DNA from: Octopus vulgaris
Taxonomy: Eukaryota
DNA: 64,000 bases
Direction: 5' to 3'
Assembly: GCA_951406725.2 (NCBI GenBank)
Contig: OX597821.1
Span: 64,666,001-64,730,000 of the forward strand
The first letter of the stretch is position 1. Each line of letters opens with the position of its first letter. The notes under the pieces were generated by a model. That model did no database searches. It was not told the origin of the DNA and saw nothing but the letters and a program-made list of their open reading frames with translations. A program made the position numbers and the translations under genes. Positions 27,273-41,061 of the stretch are shown piece by piece.

Positions 27273-28524
27273 TACAAATAGAAGTTTAAGATATTCATTA
27301 CGACTTAAATTACAATAAATAGAGTGATATGGAAGTTTTGTCGTAAACAAATATTTAGAACAAAATTTTGAAAAATAAAACAATAATAGTGAAGGAGTAC
27401 CACCGAAACAATAGCAACTGCATTCAGTTGGAGAAACAAAGGCAACAACAAAACAACACAAGCTACAATGGCGACAACAGCATTATCAGCAACGTCAACA
27501 TCATTTAACAGCATCCAACAATCCAATAGAAATACAAATTTAAAACAACAACAAAAAAAGCAAGACAAAACAAAAACAAAACAAAACGAAAAATACAAAA
27601 GAAGGAAAATAACAACAGAGCAAACGCCACTGTTATGTAGAGGAAAGAAAAACGCAGAGGGAAGGCTAACAACTGCAACAAGGACAATCAATAAAATAAA
27701 ATGTCAAAGAAAAGCAACCATAACTACTACTACTACAGTCAGTTGCTGCTGCTGCTGTGCTGCTGATAAGCTGCTGCTGCTGCTGCTGTTGCTGCTGTAT
27801 TACGAGTAGCAACATCGTACTAATTCTTAAAGAATTATTTCAGCTTCAGTGACTATAGTTTCTGATGGTAAGGGCTTGAAATACAATGAGATTAATATAT
27901 AGCGGAGAAGAAGGAAAATGAGAACAACCAGATGACAGTAACAAGATGGATTAATTGAAGTTTGTGTTTACAAAGAATAAAAGAACTTAATACACACACA
28001 TACGCACAGCCGCGCTGGACAAAATGCTTAGCGGTATTTTGTCGAGATCGACTTTGCCCTTCACCCTCTCGGGGGTCAATAGCATTACTACCAAGTGAAC
28101 GTTGGGTTCCATGTAATCGATTTATATACTCCCTCCGAAATTTCTGGCCTTGTACCAAAATTTGAAATCAATAACCATCGTATGTAGTTGTTGTGTAGTT
28201 TGTTCGTTCTCGATCCATGCTAGCTCATAAGAGCCGATTTCATTGGCGTTTAGGTTCCGCTCCTGGACAGGACGCCAATCCGTCGCAGGTGAGGAAAGAA
28301 TGAGAGTATGTTGTGGCGAAAGAGTCAGCAGAATTTCGCCATTACCTTCTACCGGAGTTGCGTGGAGCTTAGGTGTTTCGCTCACAAGCATACACAGCGA
28401 CCAGTCCGCTGCACTAACCTCTAGGCAATGTGCCTTCACATAGTATATATTACTTTGTACAAATACATATTTTGCAAAATAGATGAAATAACCAAAATTG
28501 TTAACATATTCAATCTATTCTTTT

Positions 28525-28727
28525 GTCCTTTTACTTATTTCAGTCATTTACGGCTATGGTGGAGCACCGACTTTTGTAGAACAAATCCCGACTCCGGGAC
28601 TTATTCTTTGTAAGACTAGTAGTTATTCTATCGTTCTCTTTTTTCGAACCGCTAAGTTACGGAGACGTAAACACACATACATCGGTTGTCAAGCGAGGGT
28701 GGGGGGACAAACACAGACAAAACAAAT

Positions 28728-28770
<43 letters not shown>

Positions 28771-28911
28771 CGACGGTGGGATTTCAATTTCCGTCTACCA
28801 TATCCATCCAGAAATTTTTAGTCGGCCTGAGGCTATAGCAGAATACACTTGCCCAAGGTGTCACGCAGTGAGACTGAACGCGGGGCCATGTAGTTGGGAA
28901 GCAAACTTCTT
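28525..28911 (-). mobile_element. OR-like SINE body; its head is displaced to 30671-30708 by an insertion
   Basis: Reverse complement AGAAGTTTGCTTCCCAAC...CACCTTGGGCAAGTG matches the SINE at 44857-45020. The 5' head GGTGCAGGAGTGGCTGTGTGGTAAGAAGCTTGCTTCC lies at 30671-30708. Confidence 0.85.
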
Positions 28912-30670
28912 TTATTCATTTAATTGGCCTCAAGGGTCTTATACAGAAAGGAAGCTGCTGGCTGGACACACACATAATGATATGACTGACAAATGATACG
29001 GTGAAAAATGAGGGCAACAAGCAATGCCCGGCGATTGCTGTTTACCCTAAATCATTGTTCTTTTTAAATTTCATACTCGAGGCAATAAACATCTTACACA
29101 GTTCACAAAAGAAAAACATTTATGAGGCAATAAACCCCCTTACACAGTTCAATGAAATACAATAAAAATACAATAAAAGTGAGGCACGAAGTCTCTTACT
29201 TTTATTATCAGTTACATGCTTTCCTGTCCGACCAGGCTCCTCGCTTCTTTGAAGCATCTAGACGGTTCCAAGTCTGACCAATTTGCCATGAATCTAAAGT
29301 TCTCCTCTAGGAAGGAATTCATTATCCTGCACAGATCGGTTTCTCATATGACCTCAACTATCTATCTATCCGCTCAGTCGAAGTCGACACCTACAGCCAC
29401 CTACAAAGACCACACAGGGTCCTCCGTGCAAGACAGAATCCCCTCCCACTGGCCTTTCCTTTCAAACTTTTTGATAAAGTTTTCTAATGTCTCTCCCTTA
29501 TGGAAGGGGACCACAAATTGCTCCTCCGGTGTCACTACTCCCACCGAAGGTTCTTCAGGACACGCCGGCAATGCCTCGATTTTCTTTTTTTCTTCTTTTT
29601 CCTTTGAACCACGGGAGGGTGGTGTTCCCCTGCTTTCTCCAGCAGATCCTCCCTTCCTCCCGCAGCCATCGGATCGTTTTGTTGGCAACAATTGTTGCCC
29701 ACCTATCGTTTCTTTCCTTTTTTCGAGGAGGTTTCCACCTCCTCGACTTCCTACCCTTCTTCCTTCACTAAGGGAGCAGGGAACGGTATTTTGATTAACT
29801 CCTCTAGGACCTTATTTTGGTCCTTCGGGCAATTCTTTTTGATATGCTCCGGCTCCCAGCACAGGTGACACTTGGGGTGGGGCGTCCCTCAAGCATCACC
29901 GGATACCTAGACCCGGCCAATCTTAAAAAATCTGGAAATACCAGATTTTTGGCTGATTTGGTCCATAGGATCAAAACAGCTTTTGACCCCTCCAATTAGC
30001 CGCAGGCAAAATGTTCACACCGCGTAGCTTTGCACAGCTGCCACACAGACCCCGGCGGATAGAGTCTTCTATCTACTTGGGCTCAATTCCGGGTGGCAAA
30101 CCACAGACCCAGGCCCTCGTCAACTTTTTCCTACAATATGTGAGAAGGAACAAAATTTCCCTGCCCTCCAGGGGCTGGCTTGCGAATTCGAGGGAGTCAA
30201 ACAGCAACCACACCGTTGCAAATTTGACCCCCCGAGAGATATATTTAATAGCTGGCATATAGTGTTTTTCAATTGATTTTCTGGAAGACGGCTATGGTGT
30301 CGAGGGACTTGGAGTAAGTCCTCAAAACCACCATCTTCCTTTCAAGCTCTTCAAGCCACTCTTTGGGAGGTGTCAACTCCCATTCTCAAATTAAATTAAT
30401 GTGGAGGCGAAACACGCCTCCAGACAGCAGTTCTCACAGCTAAGTGAGAAAAACACACGTCTCTACTGCAGGCAGACCAAAAGCTCAGAATCCAGTGAGG
30501 ACCCCTTGCCTGTACAAAACATAAACCTTACAAACAACGAATCTCACTCGACTTAATAAGCAGGAAAGGTTTTACCTTCCAGTAGAGCGTCTTTCAAATA
30601 CAATTTTTGTCCGCTGCACACTAGCGTGAGGACCTCAATGGTACAGTGAAAAACATTAACGACCGGAACC
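28912..30670 (-). mobile_element. ORF1-only (HAL1-like) L1/Tx1-type retroelement, copy 2, inserted in an OR-like SINE
   Basis: TSD GGAAGCAA(G/A)CTTCTT at 30671-30685 and 28897-28911. Disrupted ORF1 (PAIKYISRGVKFATVWLLFD; LEGRP followed by knuckle remnant) is homologous to copy 1. Shared 3' end GTGTCCAGCCAGCA. Confidence 0.8.
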
Positions 30671-31279
30671 GGAAGCAAGCTTCTTACCACACAGCCACTC
30701 CTGCACCTATATTTAACACAATTTATAAGTTTTAGGTTTTTGGAGGAAACACTTAAATTTAGACGCTCACCAATCATATTCTGGTAGGTTTTATTCTTGT
30801 ATTCTTTTACAAATTTCAGCCCAAAGGTTGAGGTCATGCTGGAGTACCGCCTGACTCACTAATATTACTAATATATATATTCACACTAATTCTGGTGTGA
30901 GTAACTGGTAACGGTAAATATCATCAACTTGCATTAATCCTATCTGATGCAGAAACAAAGCCTGAATTATTTGCGGTGGAGGGGACTAATCAATTACATT
31001 AGCCCCAATATACAACTGGTTCTTCCTATTATTATTATTTCTAATGTCAAAAGGGCAAATAACTCTAAGCGAAGAGAACAGCCGCTTCGTTTAAGAACCC
31101 AATAACATGAACAATGATCTACTCGATGTCCACCTACAACGAGGAAAAGCAAAGCTGGTATCAAAGTGATTGGAAATCGGGATGTAAAGAGTCGGAAAAT
31201 TAGCAGGCAGCATTTACTCCGGCGCACTGGTGCTTTTCCTAAACCCGATAAAGAGACTTAGCACCTAGTATATATTAAA

Positions 31280-32080
31280 ACAAATCCAGATTATTTAACA
31301 GATTTCCTCCATCCACGAACACACTGCGTGGGGAGAAAAAGAATTTTTTAAAAAAGCAACAACATTATGGAATTAAAGAAAGAACAAAACGAACAATTAA
31401 AAGAATATGGGAACGTAAGCCGCTTTACTGAGAATTCCCAAAGCGATTAAATAAATCCGATTGTGATAAGTAAAAAAAAAACGAGAGAGAGAGAGACAAA
31501 CTAGCTCCAAATATCGCGCCTGGGAAAAGAAACTGATGGCCTGATAACTGTGCATGAGGTCTAGTTCCAGTGTCTGTCAACTAAATATTGCAACTTGTTT
31601 ACCCTGAACAACTTCAGCAGGAGAATGTCGGATTTCGGAAAACTTGAAGTAGTCAGCTGTCACAGACTAACTATATTCCGACGCTAGGTGCAACAATGTC
31701 TATCAGAAGAGTTATTATGTTTGATACCTCACTCTATTAGATGATGTGCAAAACTGAAACCTGAAATAAATGGTATATGCAACAAAACATCCACTAACTA
31801 GAACCCTTAAACAAGTAATATTCGTACCAGAATTAGAATTTCTATGAAAGACAGACTGTATCAATGTGTGGTGTAATATATACCAAAACCACAATACACG
31901 AAGAAACCAGTACGCCTAATTAAGTACAAACCCACGAGAACTTGAATTTCAAAGAAAGACAATATGAGGTCACGAATATATGACCTAGAGATTGATTGTA
32001 GTAGAAACAGAAAAATGTTCTTATTATTGTGGATAAGCTTATATATGTAGATAAAAGCAAAGCGACCAGGTATTATAAAA
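31280..32080 (+). mobile_element. Highly decayed Dong/R4-like (restriction-like endonuclease) LINE fragment
   Basis: Remnants KETDGLI, NKWYMQ and LIVVETEKC in the expected C-terminal order; boundaries approximate. Confidence 0.45.
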
Positions 32081-32224
32081 TACTAGGAAAGTACTTGTTT
32101 TCTAATTCATGTACCCTTTTCCTAGCTAATAATGTCTATGTAAAGGTAGTTGAAACATATTTCCCATGTACCAGAATTTAACCAGTCGTAAAAACTTTAT
32201 GAGTTGTTATACACTTTACTGAAA

Positions 32225-32721
32225 GAAGACTCGAGGAAACACCAACGTAAATTGTTGTTATCTGTTTGGTGGGATATGAAATGTTTAGATCATTTTTGAA
32301 CTTTTAAGCCCAAACCAAGCGGTAACAGCTTGAGCGGCTTAAATCACCACTAGAAGAAAACAACCATCTTTGGTTTCAAGACGTACGGTGTTCTTCCATT
32401 GGGGTTAGGGTTAGGGTTAGGAGCAGTTTGAATGGGAAACGATGCCCCACCCACCATATTCGCCGGACATTGCCCCATCTGATTATCATTTATTTTGCAG
32501 TCATCAAAATCATTTGGAGGGGAAAATATGAAATTCTGTAGACGAGATCAGAACAGAACTGGATGAGGAGTGAATTCTGGAAGAGAGGCATTGCTAGCCT
32601 ACCAGATAGATGGAAAGGTAGAGTAGAAAATGAGGGAGAGTATATTTTAGATTAAAAAAGAAGTTTATCTTGAAAAATGGAACAAGTATAAAAACCGCAT
32701 TATTTATGGGATGACCCGATA
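32225..32721 (+). mobile_element. Mariner transposase 3' remnant with right TIR
   Basis: LLSVWWDMK, QLERLK, VFFH, EWETMPHPPYSPDIAPSDYHLF and GIASLPDRW; ends TTTATGGGATGACCCGATA. Confidence 0.85.
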
Positions 32722-34528
32722 CAAATAACTATGATAATAACAGAACTACAACAGCATCACCACTACCACCTCCACTACTACCACCACCACCTCCACTACC
32801 ACCACCACCACCACTACCACCTCCACTACTACCACCACCACCAACAACAACAACACCTCCACCACAACCACTAATAATAATGATGATTTCAAATTTTGGC
32901 ATTAGGCCAGTAATTTCGGTGAAGGGGTAAGTTGTTTATATCGACCCCAGTGCTTAACTGGTACATATTTTATCGATCCTCAAATGATGAAAGGCAAATT
33001 GGCCTGAGTGGAATTGGAACCCACAAAGTATTGATGGACGAAATGACGCAAAGCATTTGTCCATCTTTACGCTCTGAGTTCAACTTTCGATGATTTTAAA
33101 CATCATCATCATCGGCATCATCATCATCAAACAATGATGATAATGATATTTTTTTGCTGGAACAAGGGCGACGAAGAAAACTGATAGCGAAAACTGTGGG
33201 TACAGTTGATCACCATTTCACTGAAATAAGATTGAAGACCATTACTAATAACTTCAAAGCAACATGGATAATAGTGACTTATACAAGTTGCCAGAATAAT
33301 TAGTACCTGTCTAGATGAATAAGGATAGTCTAGTGTATAATCTATTTTGTAAACCTGTCTATTTGACTGCTTTTTATTACATTAATGCTGGAGCAATGAA
33401 GTGCAAATTTAACAACGAGGGGGTTTGAGTTTCGAACGCAAATGAAGTTTAATTCACATCGAAAAGATACATACTAGTCTTAATGTCATCCCTTACACAC
33501 TCGAAATAGTTCAGAGAAAAAGCAGCGTCTAAAACATAGCCAACTATACGTTTATATAACTGGTGCAGTATGCATTATATACATGATTGATGCTTTATAC
33601 GAAAGTGTTTTCTATCACATTTTATGTATTTCAAATGAAGAAGAACTGTTTTACAGAATCCTATTTCAATTCAAGATTTTTTTTATCTAAATCTTCGTTA
33701 TAGACGTCTATTCTGCTTGTTAATTAAAACAGCTACGTCTGCATAATTCCTTATCGTTAATACACCCACTGAAAACTTGTATATAGGTTTTCGTGAAGCA
33801 TTTCATTCCAATAATTTTCAATGAAAAGGGATATGTTGTCTTAGGTTTTAAAATATCTATAAACAATAAAAGTAATTGTAGAAGTTAGGATTTGTTTTAC
33901 AGCATGTTTAGACTTAAAAGGAATTTAGATATTGAATGGTTAAATTTACACTTCTCAATAAGTATCATATAACGAGTAGATGATGAAGAGAGAATTAGCC
34001 GTAGAGTAGAAATAATTTACTCAAAAAGCCATGATTTTAAGCAGTGTTGGAAGATGGATTCTCGTATTTAGAAGTTGCTGGATAGGCTCAATATAAATGA
34101 GTATGAAATTATATGGTATATTAATCAGGAAATGCAGTCAGTCTCGTGTGTAGTCTCTAATGATTTGTTTAAATGAACGAATTACGGAAGAAGATACATT
34201 TATTTGTTTCGGATTTGCTATTGCAATGTAGGTAAATCTCGATCGAGCAAATCTCTAATCAGCAATATTAAAACTATGATCATTGCATCTTTTGGGGGCT
34301 ATGAAACAATCTAACAACATACTGTGTACGTACTACTTTATCCTCTTCTGAAGATGGGCGCGTTTCATTTAAGATAGAATTATCTGTTATGTCGATCAGG
34401 GTAAGAGGTTCATTGTTTGTTTCTGAAACTGTATCAAAGTTGTGCTACTGATTGTCTTTGGTGACTATATTTACCAAGAAATTCTCATAAATACTTACTT
34501 AATCTTTAGTTTTTGTTTATGTTTACAG

Positions 34529-34605
34529 ATCTTCCGATCTGCGAATATTAGGAAGCATCATATTTATTATTAGCCTGATGTGTATCGATGTTATGATGTC
34601 TTCTG
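34529..34605 (+). CDS. Candidate 77-nt host exon encoding a hydrophobic, signal-peptide-like segment
   Basis: Acceptor TTTTTGTTTATGTTTACAG and donor G|GTAAGT; open frame SSDLRILGSIIFIISLMCIDVMMSS. Confidence 0.4.
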
Positions 34606-36499
34606 GTAAGTTACGATGATCTCAAGCAGGGTCACCTATCTACACAGAACCATTTCATGTTATATCGCTATTACTGTTGCCACTAGCTTCAATACTGACA
34701 CAACCACATTGCGGAAACTATAATTCGTTTTCTTTCATCTCTGGGAGTAATAGAAGAATAACGTTGTGGATATGTCACAATATTTATCGATATTCATTAT
34801 AAAACCTAGCTTTATATTATCAGAGAAGATATGAAAATTGCAATTTCACTTGGCGGATATCCACAAGTGTAAGATTGATGTTGGAATATTATGATATGTA
34901 GAGGATTTTCGAAAGAAAATGCCTGACATTTCTATTTATCCTAGAAACTACTTGAAATAAGATAAAATATATGGCTATACATTAGATTAGAAATAAAGAA
35001 AAAGAAAAGAAAAAAGCAGGAATTTGAAAGCAAGAGTCTATATCTATGTGCATCTATAACATAGTCGGTAACAACAATGGAACATAGATTCACAAATAAG
35101 AAGAGGAATGAAGACAAGCATCTTCCTAAATCTATCTAAAATCTATAACAAATACTTCAACAAAAACAACAGCTGCTTCAAGTAACAGCACGCAAGATAA
35201 ATCAATAATATTAAAAAAAAAAAGACCCAAAGAATTTATAATTTCAATAATGGCAATAACATAAACTTAAAAATATGTAATAGAAACAGTAGCAATAATA
35301 CAGTTACTTTTATTCGTTAAAAAATATCATCACCATCGCCATCACTATTGCCATCATCATCATCCTCATCATCATCATCATCCACATCTTCACGATCGTT
35401 GTCGTCGTCGTCGTCATTATCATCATCACCATCGTCAATTATTATTTCTCGGTTTGTGTCACGTTTTTCTGTAGTTCCGTAATTTTGAAAAGAAAATTGC
35501 GGTCTCTTGGCCCTTTTTTTTTTCTAATTTGTTTAACTGAATTTTTATGTTACTCTTTCTTACCGTGCAAACCCTGACGGCAAAGGACTGATATGTTCAT
35601 TTGTTTCAGCCCTACTGGAGTCCTATGCACTAGGGAACTTTTCACCGAAGGAATAAAACAGAATTAAAAAAAAAAACATAACCGATGGCAATGTGTTTGA
35701 TAACTGAGCAATGACAGAAAGTGAGGAGGAAGTGATATAAAAATAGCAAGCAGGAATTTGTCCCTGTAAGCCTCTTGTTTGTTATTCTCTTCTAGGAAGA
35801 CTTTGGCATTTTCTCAGGTAACAAAGCAAGCAGCAACTTTACCACAATTGTTAAATTCATCACATTTATTGGTGACTTGAAAGAAAACCAGAAACAAAAA
35901 ATTGCAGAGAAAAAACAATATTCTGTCGGCCAAATGCTACAAAACCGAAGGAGAGGAGGAAAGAAAAATAACATAGCAATCGACACAACCTCAAAAATCA
36001 CCATCAGTTCAACGACAGTTGGGCCGGGTGTTGCTTCATCAAGTAACATAACCACGATCGCTACCTCTTCTGCTGGAGCCACTGTCATGCATAATGATTG
36101 CAGCAATGCAGTAACTGCAGTAACAAGGCAGCAAAGTGCAAATGCCAGGCAATTTGCAGTCTTGACTTCGATAACAGCTAAGTACATTTGTCAGAGCATT
36201 TGTAGCGGCAAACACTGAAACGAAAGCAAACAAGAAAAAGCAATGTTAAAAGCAGCCAGAGTACAAGTACGAAAAATTGAAACAAAGTTACTACAGCTGT
36301 CCCCCCGCTTTTGTGCAAAGAATGTTGTGTAATGCACTGTGAGATGGTGTTATATAGGTACGTGCACTCGGTGAACAGAAAGGCACAAGCATAAAAGAGA
36401 CATCCGAGAACCTTGTTTCCTCCCCTCCTCCTTTCTATTTATCATCATCGTTATCATCATCGTGCCCATCAAGTGCAATTGCTACAGCTAACCAACACT

Positions 36500-36500
36500 A

Positions 36501-36589
<89 letters not shown>

Positions 36590-36631
36590 ATTATTATTAT
36601 TATCATTATTATTATTATTATTATTATTATC

Positions 36632-36726
<95 letters not shown>
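36500..36726. repeat. (ATT)n microsatellite
   Basis: Directly visible. Confidence 0.97.
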
Positions 36727-36727
<1 letters not shown>

Positions 36728-36864
36728 CATTTAATCTGTATGTTTGTTACAGTCACTCGCCGAAACACACACAGGGCAGTGGAGGATAGGAGATGTTACA
36801 GAATGACTGATAGCTTGGCGAGGGGAACTGGCAGGGGCAGCATCTTTATGTAATACAACACATA

Positions 36865-37480
36865 CATTTAAATTGATAGGGTTTTTCTAAAGATGTGGGT
36901 AATACTTGTCAGTAAAATCTTTTGGATTTATCTGAGACATGGTTCTCTTGGGATATTGTCTAGATGTTTCTGACACCCCTTTCTTATCACACCAAGAGCA
37001 CCCACAATAACAGGAACAGTTCACGCTTTAAGATGACACGTTATTTGTATTTCAATTTCCAGGTCCTTATATTTACTTGTCAAATTCCTTTACAGATATA
37101 TTTTATTCAGTAAGAAAACTTACATCTATTAGTCTACAAGTATTTTCTTCTTTGTCTTCAATGATTATGTGTGTTCGATTAGCCTACATCGTTCTGTCGG
37201 TGTTGGAAAATCCCGGAGGAGAGTGACATTTTTACCTTCAATGACTGGCTCCGGATAATGCTCATATCAGTGAGCAGGAGTGCTGATTTTGTAGTGTTTA
37301 CATATTTTCCAGTGTAAATACTGTCCTAATCTATCGTGGCGATATTTGTATTCGTTTGTTGTCAGCACCGGACATCCCGAGACAAGATGGTTTATTACTC
37401 GTCAAATTTATCGTAGTATCCGTTTTGAAGAACGGCAGCCTGGTAGTTTTTAGCAAGCAAGCTTTGATCTTGAACCGCCA
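36865..37480 (-). mobile_element. Dong/R4-like LINE 3' fragment (zinc-finger region and restriction-like endonuclease)
   Basis: AVQDQSLL...SGCPVL...YKYRHDRLGQYLHWKICKHY...RDFP...KYKDLEIEI...VPVIVGALG. Confidence 0.8.
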
Positions 37481-38452
37481 ATATTATTGAGTGAGTGAAC
37501 AGTACATGCTATCGAAGTGACACTGAAGTAAAATATACGAAGCCCAGTATATCCATCATGACTACCCATCTGATAGGTGTACACCAGGCACATGCATCAC
37601 AGCTAATATGTACGCGACATGGTGATCTCATATTAAAATAAACAGCACATGAACTTGCAACTGGGGCCCAGTTTTCTTTAGGTGAAGTAGCCCATTCTGC
37701 TCAAAAGGTCACGGATAAGGGCTGTTTAAGGATGTTGAACAAAATATCCATGTTTCTAGACGTGAATTATTCGAGCCCCAAAGAATTCTTCCCAACACAT
37801 GGCTATGATTCTTCCTTACTACAACTTGGGATCAGAGGTGCACATATCGTCAGACTCTTAGGGACATGCTCAGCTGGTTACGATCAAGCAACTGACTAGC
37901 AAGTCCGTGATGTTGATCAAAATATTTACTACAGGCCATTTTTATACCAAGACAAACAACATGTACATGATATTTCCAGTCAGTTAAGATCACAAACCAT
38001 GAGAGCGAAACGAGCTGGCAGGAACGTTAGCACGCCAGGCATTTGGGGAAATTTGTCTGTCTTTATGTCCTGAGTTCAGCTTCCAACGTGGTTGACTTTG
38101 CATTTCATCATCCCGGAGCCGATACATTATGATCTAGTGAAACACTGGTCTCATTGTAATCGACTTACACCCTCCCTCAAGATTTAAGGATTTATGCCTT
38201 TAGTAAAAAGGATTATTATTATTCTTATTAAAACTAAGGCTGTAAGCTGGCAAAATCTTTCGCATGCCAGACAAAATGTTCCACAGTATTTTGTCAGGAT
38301 TTACTTTCTAATTTCAATTTCGTGTTTGCTTTTCATAATTTCGCGGTATATAAAAAATGAATACTATCTGAGCTCGTATAGATGTTATCGACTATACCCC
38401 TACCCAGAACTCGTTGATCTTAGGCCAAAATGTGGAATCACTAATACTATAA

Positions 38453-38453
38453 C

Positions 38454-38495
<42 letters not shown>

Positions 38496-38511
38496 CAGCA
38501 GCAGCAGTAGC

Positions 38512-38571
<60 letters not shown>

Positions 38572-38590
38572 TGTTGTTGTTGATGATGAC
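38453..38590. repeat. (AGT)n microsatellite
   Basis: Directly visible. Confidence 0.95.
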
Positions 38591-38996
38591 ATTGCTGTTA
38601 AACGAACCGAGATACTAACAGTTGTAGCAGCCGTTGCTACACCTCATGAATAATTATAAAAAAATATTATTCAAAATCATAACCATCCATCACCTCTTCC
38701 TACAACTGAACAAATTATAAGTAGATTTAGTACCACTATTAATTAGTATTCATTGGATACACTTATACAATTATAAGTGGTAACTGTCTCATATTTACGT
38801 TGCATGCACTGCTTTAATATCCTTCGCATTCTACACATAGTTTACCTGAAAACTGAGATAGGAAGTGATTTATACAAATTCATTAATTTTACATCAAGGG
38901 AAATAAATTATACGTAAAATATTATCACAAGCCTATTAATTAAGCGTAAAATCAAAACTAGATTCGCACCCACAAACAGGTATAAAACATAATAAC

Positions 38997-39056
<60 letters not shown>

Positions 39057-39200
39057 CATAATATTTATATTATAATCATTATATTTTTATTGAGTCAGAG
39101 AGCAATGCTTGCCATCTAAGTAAAGTTGCTAAAAAGATGGATGAGCTATTAAAAAATATAACTTAAACGGCCTTATTTGTACACTGCGCAACTTGTATAT

Positions 39201-39782
39201 TCTTTTTTACTCTAGGCACAAGGCCATAAAATTTGGGGAAGGAAGCCAGTAGATTAGATCGAACCCAGTACACAACTAGTACATAATTTATTGACCCCAA
39301 AACTATGAAAGGCAAAGTCGACCTCGGTGGAATTTAAATTCAGAACGTAAAGACCTACGAAATACCTATTTCTTTACTACCCACAGGGGGCTAAACACAA
39401 ATAGGACAAAAAAGGACTGACAAACGGATTATGTCGATAATATCGACCCCAGTGCATAACTGGTACTTATTTAATCGACCCCGAAAGGATGAAAGGCAAA
39501 GTCGACCTCGGTGGAATTTGAACTCAGAACGTTGCGGCAGAAGAAATACCTATTTCTTTACTACCCACAAGTGACTAAACACAGAGGAGACAAAGAAGGA
39601 GAGACAAACGGATTAAGTCGAATACATCGACCCCAGTGCGTAAGTGGTACTTAATTTATCGAACCCGAAAGGATGAAAGGCAAAGTCGACCTCGGCGGAA
39701 TTTGAACTCAGAACGTAATGGCAGACGAAATACCGCTATGGATTTCGTCTGGCGTGCTAACGCTTCTGCCAGCGCACCGCCT
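39201..39782 (-). mobile_element. OK-like SINE trimer (head plus three units, 184-bp period)
   Basis: Junction GAAATACC|TATTTCTTTACTAC at 39366/7 and 39550/1. Confidence 0.88.
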
Positions 39783-40179
39783 TTGAGCAGCTTGTATATT
39801 GTTGTGCAAATTATTAAAAGGAAAACAAAGGACAAAGTCTCAATGTGGGAGAAAAGACTTGAGAACGAGACTGAATAGCTTGAGATGGACGGAAACATAA
39901 TCATAGAAAAAAAGGGGGCAGGGAAAAACACGGGAACGTACTGCAAAGAAAGTACAGCATTAGACTATAGGTAGATAAAGAAGTGTCAAGTCAAAGCAAT
40001 GTCAGGAGAAAAAGGAGGCATCAGCAAAGAGAAATCTGTACCAGCAGAATAGAACAATGAAAGAAAATTCTGTAAACTTCAGGCAAAGAAAAGCATCTGG
40101 ATAATAATACACCTGCATCAGCAAGGGAAATCTGGGCAGAAATCTGGAGCAAAGATTTCCAACGTAATATAAATGCAGG

Positions 40180-40385
40180 CTGGTTGCAGGATTTCGAAAG
40201 AGTGACACGAGAAATTATAGCTATTACGGACAAAGAAATTAAAAGTGTGGTTAAGGAACTACCGAACTGGAAAGTCCCAAGACTGGAGGGGTTCGGGTAT
40301 CCTGGGTTAAGAATGTCCCAAGTATACGCAGCTATTTACGACTGTTTTTTAATGACTGCATAGAAAATGGAACGTCGACATTGGG
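40180..40385 (+). mobile_element. Dong/R4-like RT N-terminal fragment
   Basis: ITDKEIKSVVKELPNWKVP...WVKNVPSIRSYL...FNDCIENG. Confidence 0.5.
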
Positions 40386-40843
40386 GACAAAAGCAAGAAA
40401 GGATAAAGAAAAGAGACTATTATTCTGGTAAGCAGATGTACAGAGTTCGAAGGTACGGCTTCGCAAATTGTATTTGTGCATCTCACAGATTGACTCATAA
40501 ATCTCGGAGTAGAAAAAGGAATAAAATATGTTTAGAAGAAGTTAACATGTTTTAAAATGTCCCGTTTCATAACTGTAGAAGACCTTGCTTTAGCCCAGTA
40601 AAAACTCAGAGAAAAACTTCCCCCGAATAGCGGCCTATTTTCATTAAGGTCTAATCTGCTCCCTTAACGCTATGAAATATAGTATAGAGTGAGTCGCTGT
40701 TTCGCATAAATGTAATGTGTTACCAAAATATAGTGTGATACATCGACACTTCTGCTGCACGTTTCACTGGAACCATCATTCAGTAAACTAAATGAAATAG
40801 ATTGAAGGTCAAGGTCAATTTAGAATGTTCTTCTAATAATTGG

Positions 40844-40899
<56 letters not shown>

Positions 40900-41025
40900 A
40901 CATCATCATCATCATCGCTACTACTACTACTAAGTGGACTGCCCTACTATAGGGGTTTGTATTTATTTATTTCTCAAAGTTCTATTATATATCCTCTGTT
41001 ATACCCTTTAATGTGGTAGTATCTC

Positions 41026-41061
<36 letters not shown>

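Noticed and set aside
35792-36233. Overlapping 113-131 aa ORFs
   Set aside because: Degenerate CAG/CAA-type low-complexity sequence with no recognisable domain.
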